NCBI GenBank assembly: GCA_965645245.1
Contig: OZ287079.1
Span: 744,001-808,000 of the forward strand
Direction: 5' to 3'
Length of the DNA: 64,000 bases
DNA from: Massalongia carnosa
Taxonomy: Eukaryota
The position numbers were made by a program, and so were the translations under genes. A model generated the notes under the pieces. The model saw only the letters and a program-made list of their open reading frames with translations. It had not been told where the DNA came from and ran no database searches. Below, in pieces: positions 38,239-48,521 of this stretch (its first letter is position 1; each line of letters begins with the position of its first letter).

Positions 38239-38400
38239 TCTTAGATATCGGCAATCCTTGTCACGTGGTAGAACCGTGTGGACATTAATGGACTAGCAAA
38301 ACTGCTCTCAGAAAGTATTTCTGGTCTGATCCAATTGAAGTCTGTAGCATCATAGCCATACACCATCGCCATCATACCCGAAACCCCTTGCCCTAAATCC

Positions 38401-40297
38401 TCATGCTCTACATAACCTCCCTCCAGCTTCTACGACCCACTCCTCACTCCCCACAGCAGCGGTAGCATAGAAAATCCTATCCGGATCATACTTGGCTTTC
38501 ACGGCTCTCAGTCGGCCATAATTCGCCCCGTAATAAGTTTGTTGCCAGTTCGGCTGCAGAAAATCGCCTTCATTCAGGTAGCATCCAGAGTCCGGATCTA
38601 GCGCGGTAAGCTGCGGGATATAGCTATTGGTCATTTTGCGCTGCTGGGCGAGCATCGCAGATAAGGGTGCAGTGAAACTCCACGGTCTAGTGAGACATAT
38701 TTCAGCGTGAGTTTCCGCCTAGACTACATAGCTGAAAAATACATCACCTGGGTGATACTCACGTAGAGATAACAACGTCAAGAAGCGTATCTCTCCATGC
38801 TGGGAGCACGGCGTTGTCAACGTCCCCAGCTACGGCTTTGGATACGTTTAGGGCAACACCGATGAATGATCCGCCGTCTTCGGTGATGTTTCGAACCGCC
38901 GCCGTGAGGGCGTCATTTTTGGTTTCAATCACCGAACGGCGGATGAGTCGACCCCCATATTGGGCGGTGCCAACTTGGATGTGGAATTGCATTTCCGTGA
39001 ACTCCGGAAGGTAGCCTGGAAACTGACGAACTGTTAGGGTGTACTTGATGCCGAGCTTTCGAAATTTGCTTAGGAGCGGCTCGAGGAGTTTTTTCAATTG
39101 CGCTTTCGGGATGCCGGGAGCCGTCACAGGAGAGATGAGAAAGGACGTATTTGTAACCATTGAGATGCTCATTGCGCCTGCATCCACGATCGGCGCTAGT
39201 GAGGCATGATAAGCGGCAACCCCAGCGTAGAAAGTGTCGGCCGTGATCCCCTCATTCGAAAATGTCAAATTTGCCGCCGAAACAGGAATGTCCTTGTGCG
39301 CCTTCACGATCAAAGACCAAACTACACCATATGTACCGCCTCCACCGCCGGATAAGGCCCAATAGAGGTCTGTGTTTTCGGTACGGCTCGCTTGACGAAT
39401 CTTTCCAGTGCCGTCAACAACTTCCCACTCCAGGGTCTGATCCGCGGCCAGACCATACTTAGAAGACAAGGCAGAGTGGCCACCGCCTTGAGTGTATCCG
39501 CCCGCCAGTCCAACTGTGGGGCATTCTCCTCCCACTACAGCGAGATCCTGCTTATCGGCGGCGTTGTAAGCTTCAAATCCTTGGACCCCGGCTCCTATTT
39601 TGATGGCTTTGCCTGAGTAATGAGAGCCTTTGTAGTCCAGAAAGGTTATGCTCTTTAGGTGATGCGTCCAAATTGCTAATGCGCCTGCTCCGGTAGATTT
39701 CCCGAGGTAGCTATAGAGATTATTATATGCCCGGGAAAGCATCGATCAGTAAAATTACTCGTGTCCTGTGTTCCTGACTACCAGACGAATGTTGTGCTTT
39801 TTAGCGAAAAATATGCCCTTTGAGATGTCTGAGCGTTGAGTAACGTTAATAGCATAATCGACGTAATTTCCTATGGTGCATCGAGTTGATTTAGGAGTGA
39901 AGGGGTCACAGCTCTGGTTTGCAAAGAAAGGGGCCATGACTGACGAGGACGATTCATAGCTATCAATTGTTAGTACGATTTCGGTAGCCTAAGTGAAGCG
40001 TTCTGACTGTTGTTCAGGCTCCAACCAATTCATTTGGAGCCTTTTACAGGCGCCTTCGTTGTAGACTGGATCGTGACAGGGAGCTCCAAGAGGCACTGTG
40101 GCAACAAGTTTTCCATTCACTGAGCTGTTCAGATTTCGCCATTCGAGCAAAGAGGGCCAAGCTGCATCTCCAGGGAGATGGCGGCAACTTGGATTGGATT
40201 CAGCTAGAGAAACCCAATTCCAAAGAAAAGGTATTGAGATAAGGAATTTGAACGTTGATAATCCGTGCCAGATTTTGATTTTTTTTGGACTTGCCAT
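38401..40297 (-). CDS. FAD-linked oxidoreductase (BBE-like/VAO family), probably secreted, 4 exons
   Basis: CRHLPGD..WP, RNTGH(D)YLGKS, GECPTVG..GGY..GGGHS, DLYWALSGGGGGTYG, and BBE C-terminus YLNEGD..YYGANY..KAKYDP. Confidence 0.92.
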
Positions 40298-40453
40298 GAT
40301 TTTTAAATGCGAGCATTAGAGTAGGTCTCAACTAGGTCTATATCTGAGGTCTGGCAAAGATACACAAATTCAGAGCGGGGTAATCGTGCTAAACCAATTT
40401 CGGAATAGAAGAGCATCCCTTACTGCTTACCAGACGTTGCGTGGCTCTATAAG

Positions 40454-40557
40454 CCGGCTAAGCCCCTCCGGGTTAGCGTCACTGCTGACTAACATCAGTG
40501 CGATAGCACGCATGCGTAGTCAGCTAAAGGGCCGCTAATCCGAAGGGGCTTAGCCGG
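40454..40557. repeat. 104-bp foldback (MITE-like inverted repeat)
   Basis: Arms 40454-40478 and 40533-40557 match at 23/25. Inner pair GCTGACTA/TAGTCAGC. Confidence 0.8.
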
Positions 40558-40705
40558 TCAATGTCGTTTTTTCCTATCCATCAAACAATTCACCACGTCA
40601 TCAAAACAACTCCGATTGTGAATGTTTCAACTTTTATACGTAGAGAATTGACTACTATATCATTGATATTTTTTTTCTCAGCCGCTTTCTCCTCCCTAGC
40701 CTTCT

Positions 40706-41195
40706 TGTTACGATCCGCCTTCGGCATACCGTAACAAGAACTCAGTTAGGCCTAGTGCCACCTGCTAGCCTAACACGCCGCAGACGTGACATCGGCATCT
40801 GCGAGCACAGGACGAGTCGGGAACGTATGACTCGACGGACAAGCGATGACAACACAGGAAGGAGTGGGACGAGAGATATGAACACATCAGTGATCAGACG
40901 GGATCAGTTTGCCTAAAGGGGAAATCTACCGCGGTAGATTTAGGATACGAAACATCGCTGGGGTCGACATACCTGATCACCTCTGATCACCTGTATCCTG
41001 TACCTTGTTTTGCATAGGACTTGGACTCATATATACGCTCGTTATGTCTAGATAGGAACAGCAGTGTTCAACTACTATAACTTATCAATAGCTCGTACAG
41101 AGTCTTAGCAAGGATAATCGCTCTGAAGTCTACTCTCCATCTTTGCCAAGCCTCCATTCCCCCGTGGCGGAAAGACAGCCCCTTGGAATCTTACA
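40706..41195. mobile_element. Solo LTR (family A), 490 bp
   Basis: TG...CA termini with a 5-bp TSD CTTCT at 40701-40705 and 41196-41200. Confidence 0.9.
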
Positions 41196-41290
41196 CTTCT
41201 TCGGTTTTGTCTTTTCTTCTTGAACAAAGCTCCCTACACTGACTCACCTTGATGATCCATCCTGAAAGGCTACCTGTCCATCAAGAACGG

Positions 41291-41783
41291 TGTAAGATTC
41301 CAAGGGGCTGTCTTTCCGCCACATGGGAATGGAGGCTTGGCAAAGATGGAGGGCAGACTTCAGAGCGATTATCTTTGCTAAGACTCTGTACGAGCTATTG
41401 ATAAGCTATAGTAGTTGAACACTGCGGTTCTTATCTAGACATAACGAGCGTATATATAGGAGTCCAAGTCCTATCCAAAACAAGGTACAGGATACAGGTG
41501 ATCAGAGGTGATCAGGTATGTCGACCCCATCGATGTTTCGTATCGCTAAATCTACCGCGGTATATTTCCTCTTTAGGTGATCACTGTTCCTCTAAATCAA
41601 CGCTGATGTGTTCATAATATCCAATGAGATTCTCCCGTCCCACTCCTTCCTGTGTTCACAGTTGTCATCGCTTGTCCGTTGAGTCATACGTTCCCGACTC
41701 GTCCTGTGCTCGGTAGTCATGTCCGCGATAGCGTGTTAGGCTAGCAGGTGGCACTAGGCCTAACTGAGCTCTTGTTACGGTAT
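41291..41783. mobile_element. Second LTR of family A, inverted relative to the first, lacking its last ~21 bp
   Basis: Near-identical reverse complement of 40727-41195; starts TGTAAGATTCC. Confidence 0.9.
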
Positions 41784-41967
41784 TGAGACGGGGTGATGAA
41801 TGGCAGAGATGCGTGCTAATGGAAGGAGGTGCGACGTGATAGATAGATGGCCAACTGAGCAGTGAACAGCCACAAATGATCGAATGATTCTACGACTGCA
41901 TGAACATGTGAAGAACTCGACTAGACGACTACACAGATGAATATGTTGCCACTATGGTTATGTGACA
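41784..41967. mobile_element. Possible short LTR (TGAGAC...GTGACA) truncating the family A LTR
   Basis: TG/CA ends fall exactly at the breakpoint. No matching TSD. Confidence 0.35.
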
Positions 41968-42029
41968 AAGATGTATGTGTAGAGATGTGTGTGTATGTAG
42001 GTGTAGAGATGTGAGGTGCATGTGTGGAG

Positions 42030-44277
42030 ATTACCATATTAAAATCTGTTGCATGGCATGCGAAGTGCGATACCCATTCAGCTTTATTCATCGCTGGGTT
42101 TAGCTGCATGAGATTATATGTGATGCGATAAAATGGTGCATTAGATGACTCCGCATTGTCTGATGATCTAGAGACTAGGCGATGGGCTTTTGACAGCGCG
42201 CATGGCTCACTCGCGTTGGTCTTGGGCACCTTACCTTCATTATCTTGATTGGATATTTTTACTCCCCTAGTTGATGATTCAAGATGTTGAATGACTTCAA
42301 TCGATGCGTGTGCTAGCATTTGATGCCATTCGTAGGCCGTTGCAACTTTGGAAGCTGTTGCTTTGAAAGCTGTTGCAACTTTATTGTTAGCTACTTCAGA
42401 CTTTTGAGCTGGAAAAGCGTATACTTGATTGTCTGAGGTGTTGTCTTCTAGCAGGTAGTGCCCGTTATATCGCTTTACATTGGCCACTGTCATTCCTTCC
42501 CTATGCAGGTGAAGTTTCCAGTTATCAAAGTAAAGCCCTTTAACATAGAGCAAGTCCTGAGAGACTAGATTGGTCATGAAGTTGGACACATATGCTACAT
42601 TAAGTAGTGTCATGCTTTGCGGTCCGGTAGGGGTTGGTACGGTGGTTTTTATTGTGCCATAGCTCTCTATTGCGAGGCGTTGGGTGCCCGCAATAAGATA
42701 TTCCCCTACTGCTTTCTTTTGGAATGTGTATCTGAATTTCATGGTGCTATTGCAAACGTGGCTATTTGATCCGTTATCCAATATCCATGAATCTCTGATA
42801 GTGTAGCTATCTGCTAAGAATGATGAGGAGGTTTTTATTGATGTAAACGCTCCTATCTCCTTTTCCTGATTAGCGTTGGTGGTGGTCTCTTTATTGAATA
42901 TGATTTTGATCGTTGAAGGGATTTTTCTACCCTTGCTTTCACTTGTTGGTTTTTCATTGCCTCTTCCACAATAGCCTCTGTTTGAGCCTTTGGGGTCCAA
43001 TTGACTGGTCTTTTCTCTGACACTAGATAGTAGTAGTCGCTATACCAATGTATAGAACCACATAGACACTTATTGGGTGATTTTGGCCCATTAAATGTTG
43101 CGCCAGATTCATCAGATTGTCCTTCCTTCCCCTTTTTCTCAGCCACAAATGCAGAATGGGTGTTGTTGTCCTTTGCTTTTTGCGACTGATGCAGGCGGAT
43201 AAGACGGCGAAATTTTTCGATCAACAGATCAAGGTCCTGAGGCTTATCATCCTCCCAAATCCATGAGATAATTGTCAGCGAAGATTGGTTCTTTTGAATG
43301 AATCGCCATAAGAAAATCTCTGAGCGGCCGATTCCCGATTGCTTCACCGATTTTATATGTTATAGCCTCGCTACAGACCAATTGCCATTCTTCCAAACAT
43401 GCTTCAATGTCCTGCTTTCCAGGCCCCTTGCATAGCTTATGATACTTTGTTTCAATATCTAGCGCACGAGCCGAATCGCTGGGTGCAAGTCTTCGTTTTA
43501 GTGCTATGAGATGATCCCATGGATGCGATTCCACGTTTTGAATGTAGGTGGCATTCGCTATCGAGAGAGTTTCTTGAATATAGGTTAACAAGTTGATGAA
43601 GGCCTTTTGTTGCCGTTCGTAATTGACCAATAGTCCTTTGTATTCCTGAAAATGAGCCCTATGTAGCTCATACCCCTCCTTGTCAAAGTGTGCGGTCTCT
43701 GTTGGGAGAGCATATGTGGGTTCAACCGGTTTTAGAATGTGAATTGGCTTGATAGGCTTTTCAGGGTTGACTAACTCCCATATTCCATTGGTGATGGCCC
43801 GATTCCGCACGAAAGAGTACCAGGTATCCCAATCCGCTGGTTTGGCTAGGATAATCTTTCTTGTGATAGTAGAGTTCATCTTGGCGGCTTGATTTGTTGA
43901 TTCAATTGAATTGAATTTGATTAGCTTGCGAGCTTAAGTAGTCTAATGCAAATTGAATGCGCGATTAGCAAAGTTTCCTCGGTTGGAATTGCTTCCGGGC
44001 TCATAACTGTTGAGCTGAATGTATGATCTGAGGCTTTTTGCCCTGATGATCAGTTGAGATGATTTACGTCTTGACCAGATGAGGTGAAATGAATGGCATT
44101 GATCTATAGATGATTTTCTAGCTAGGTATGCCGCCAGGGGATAGATCAAGAGATGTCTCCGAAGGAAGAAAGAATGTGGGGGATGAAGAATTTTTATCTG
44201 TGCCGCGGTGGCAATGTCATGTGACGGGCTGTGACGGGCCCGTTGACCAATGTTGGTTAATGCCAGTATAGCTGACA
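42030..44277 (-). mobile_element. Truncated Ty1/copia element (5' LTR 44277-44008, PBS, gag, protease, start of integrase)
   Basis: LTR TGTCAGC..CTCAACA followed by the PBS GTTATGAGCCC. Gag ORF 43879-43247, protease WILDNGSNSHVC, and WHQMLAH; frameshifted, with no RT. Confidence 0.9.
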
Positions 44278-44279
44278 TT

Positions 44280-47200
44280 TGAGATATGATAATAATGAGC
44301 TCTATGATGAATTTATATTTACGTCAGAAGAATATCTCTTCATAGTGAAATAGATGATTGATTTATTGATGGACTCATGATGAATCCTCTAAGCCTCAAT
44401 TTACAAAAAGAGAATTTTGTATGAGCTTGTCTCGCTTGTTACATAATCTCTGCCGTTAGTCCGACAAATTGGTACTGACGTCAAGATAGGAGCATATATT
44501 TGTTTCCACTCCAGATGGGTTCAGATCATATCGTAAATCGCTTTGAGAAGGGCCATCATCGTCAGCTATTTGCAAAGAGTGCTGCATATGAGACAAACCG
44601 AAACCCCGCGACTGTTTGCAGCATCCATTTCTCTCCATCGATGACGAGTTATATCTACAGCATGCAAAAGTGTATGAGCGTTCGGCAGGCCTAGATATTC
44701 GTCGGTTTCTGATTCTTCTGCTTCATCGGCCTGGCCGGTTTCATTTTCTTCTAATAATTCTCGAACTGACATCTTCATGGCCTGATTCTTGGCAGCACGT
44801 CGCTGTTCTTGATCTAATTTCGATTCTATTTGACTCTTTCTCATCTGTGAAATATTGTCAGCGCAATATAACGCATATTCGTCAAGAGTTTCCGTAGCCT
44901 CCAACCAAATTTGCCAGGTAAAATTGAGAAAGGACGATATGGTAGCATTATGAGCATGAAATTTCCTCGACAATTGATCCCAGGGAACAAATAGACCGAG
45001 TAAAACCAAACCCAGATCATTCTGTCTTGCATCTGTATCTGGATTGCCTCCCTGTATAGCGTCTTCAGCGGCCTCGTTTGTCGACAAGGACCCTATCAGA
45101 GCCACCAAAGTGCTGTATGAAGATGCTTTTAAGGACGCTGCGCACCACATTGTTGCTGTGGATGACCGCTGCCGAAAGGAATATCGTCGTCGACCCTATT
45201 GCGATCACTGACAATTGTGATAAGTTTGAAATAATCGTACAGCGAATACTGAGCTAGCTCTGATCCCCTCCATTGATAATGATCAAACATGCTAACTGGC
45301 AATTATTTGGATGGACGAAAACGTACAAAATTGTCAATAGGATCCGACTCAAACATGTCTGCAAAAAGCAATTTTGGAAACCTCTGACGAAGAGCAAACA
45401 GATTGAGTCTTTTTATATTCCGGCACGGGGTAAAATACTCGGGCAAATCTAACAGAGAACTAGCAGCAAGAGGGCCACTAAAATCTCGATCATATGCGAG
45501 CCGATTAAAGGCCCGAAGAGCGAATTTGTCAACATCTACGATCCGTATTTGTTCTGGATGACCAACCGCGACACGTTTATCTGCTGCATCTTCAAAGGCT
45601 TTGCGGCAGTCCCCCTTAGTAGCGTAGTTGGTTATATAGCGTACGAGTGCCAGGGCATAAATAGGAGCAGTTTTAGTGGTAGAAAGTCAATCGTTTCTCC
45701 CAGTTTGTTTTGCATGTGCAAGAACTCGTTTGTCGAACTAGTCATATCAATTGCCCAGTGCTACCATTCCGCCTGTTTCAGTCACAGTTCCAACAATTGT
45801 CATTTTCAAGATTCGTAGTGTATCCTTCTCTTTCCGCAAAATCCGATCCACACTGTAAAACACGATCAGCAATACCCGCTGGAACGAATTCGTCTTCCCA
45901 GTTTTCTAATAAGTCGTATTTGATGACAATGTTTTTGTATAGTGGATTGTTGTCTTTAAGCCAGAGTAAGGCTTGTAGGACTTTGTCTCTTCTGATGCGA
46001 GCAAAAGGACGAATATCTTCAACGGTATGAGGCCTTTTGCTAGCCCACACTATTCGGATCACATCATGCAGCACTAAGGAGCTCGACGGTAAGATATCGA
46101 GCAACGGTCTAGGATTTTGGGGGAGTACTACAGCATGACCGCGTATTCGTTGATAGGAGATGAAACGGCTGGCTCCACTAGGTCTTAACTTCATTATAGA
46201 AATCACCGGATGAGCTCGAGCAATGACGGCTTCTTCTACCGATGTCAAGTCTTTAAGAATCATGGGATAACTTTGACAAGTAGACATGCTGATAGCATTA
46301 ACGGATCCGAATTTTGGGATTTTCGATTGCAAAATCATTCCATAACAGGCTTTGCAGAAGTAAAACTTGTCATCCTTTAATCCACAACAATCAAGATCAG
46401 CTTCCACGAGTGTCTTTGACGACACGGCCCTTCTAAATACAGGATCTGTTTTATGTAGCATTTTAATGAAAGTATGATGTATGAACTGTCCACAAGAAGC
46501 GCAGACATTCGTAGTGTCGGCTACGAGTCTCTACATGAGTCTGGAAACGCCTGATAGCTTCGCGAGTAGAAATATCGGTTAGAACAGGCGGAAAGGACGA
46601 AGCGGCGGCTTTCCTTCTATTAAAATCATTAATCAACACATCTCTGGCACTGAAGTTAACAATAGATCGTGCAGGGACATTGCGGGATGCTGGTTGAAGA
46701 ACGGGTCGAGATGTAGAATAAGGGCGGCGATCTTTCAGCCCAATGTTGCTTGGTGCGGGTGAAACAGCAGATTGAAATATAGAAGCAAGGCGGTCTTCTG
46801 GTTCAACACTGGGAGGCACTGGCTGAAGAACAGATTGAAATGAGAAAGAATGACGATCTTCCGGCCCAACGTTGCAGGGAGCGGGTTGAAGAACAGATCG
46901 AGATGTAGAACAAGGGCGGGCTTCTGGCCCAACAACGCTGAAAGGCACCGACTGAAGAACAGATTGAGATGAAGAAGAAGGAAGCTTCTTCGATCCTCTT
47001 TCATTTGATTCGGACGGTCCTGGTAGTATTGGGCGAAAAGAGATCGCTGATAGCGGTGCACGTGAGGGTCGTCCTCTTTTTCGAATACGTGTAGAAGAAG
47101 CATTAAGCAAATGCTTTGGCATAGAAGGATTGAAATAACTGGCCATTTTATAAAAGCTATAGGCGAGAAAATTAATCTCGAAAAAACAGCTCTTGCCACT

Positions 47201-47353
47201 TTAAAAACATAAAATAAGGAGAAGAAATTGCAAAGGCACTCCAACCTTTTAAACAAGAACATGGATTTTCTTCCATCAGCAGAATAGGACACGTGAAGGT
47301 CATTGAACCATCGATGAACGTTCCATCTACGGTTGCCCTAGATGGACCGTTGA
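44280..47353 (-). mobile_element. Degenerate, internally deleted Helitron-like element (DUF6570-like N-terminus, Rep remnant, pre-helicase region)
   Basis: LTSVEEAVIARAHP..RGHAVVLPQNP..VLQALLWLKDNNPLY, YITNYATKGDC at ~45640-45610, and DLGLVLLGLFVPW. Frameshifts present; termini uncertain. Confidence 0.75.
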
Positions 47354-48521
47354 GGTTAGACTAAAGGCTTATCGCATCCATTCATAAATAGTCCATCGTC
47401 ACTCATCATTGCGTCAAACAACATGTTAATGAATGAAAACGTCAGCGAGGTTACTATGCATATTAGAAGATAAACATATGGAGCGCTTATAAAATCGAAT
47501 ATGGGAAACGGACGAGAGAGGTAACTCTGCGGACGCACCCACCAATGATATGAAGAAAGAGCAGAAACAAGGAGCGATCGCCCGCAGCCGGTGCAATGCT
47601 GTCCCAAAGTACTGTTTCGGTCTAGATTAATCCCGAAGTTATGTATCCGGCTTAGCAGCACCAAGATTTTATATTTGGCTCGGACAATATGTTCTATTAG
47701 CCTCGTGATGCTCGATTCACGTCTTATAAATCGACAACCATTGGTCATTGCCGGCGGATAAACGAAAGCGATGACCTGAGGACGGCTAGTTGCCCCTCGC
47801 TCGTATGACTCTAATCATTTGGCAGATTCTCTGATCTCGTCATCAGCCTAATCATTCGGCATCGAGAGGGAGATAAGATACTGGTCACTGGCCACGATAA
47901 GACAAGCCCTTGGAAGAGCCATGGACATCTAGCTCCAATGATGAAGCAATGATCTGAAAAATCGGTCATGTTATGCAATGCATGCTGCATGCAGCGCGCA
48001 AAGATAACCTAAAAGAATCTAGCTCAGCTGACGTAACGCTAAATCTAAGCGACCATGCAGGTCAAGCGCTTATGTGTCCAATCAAGACTAGGGATGCGGA
48101 ACCCTGTAGCGCCTGATGTTTCTACATCACTTGCTTCCTTCAGGTACATAGGATGCTTTAGCTAACTATGAAAGCCTCTTCTCCTACGATATGTAGCAGA
48201 TACGGCCTAAGTGCTTATAACAGGTAACATCCTGGTTGGTTATCTAGCTGCAAAACTTGCCTATATCAAGATCTGTAATACCAGCCAAGGCAAAAGCATC
48301 CTGCCTCTTTTGGACCTATCTATCACATTGTGTTAACTTCTTGAGGCAGCTGTCGAAATCTATCATGTTCTAGTCAAATGTATATCAACTATTGAAAGTC
48401 TGAGATGGAAACAAACCCTCCGTTATCAACTCGGACACCATTTTTTACGATCCATATAATAATATAAAAAATAACAATTAAAACCCTCATACTCTCCTAT
48501 TTCAAAAACATACGCCTTTGC

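Noticed and set aside
40706..41783. A single DNA transposon with long TIRs (MULE/foldback)
   Set aside because: The left arm has its own TG..CA ends and 5-bp TSD, so the arms are LTRs.
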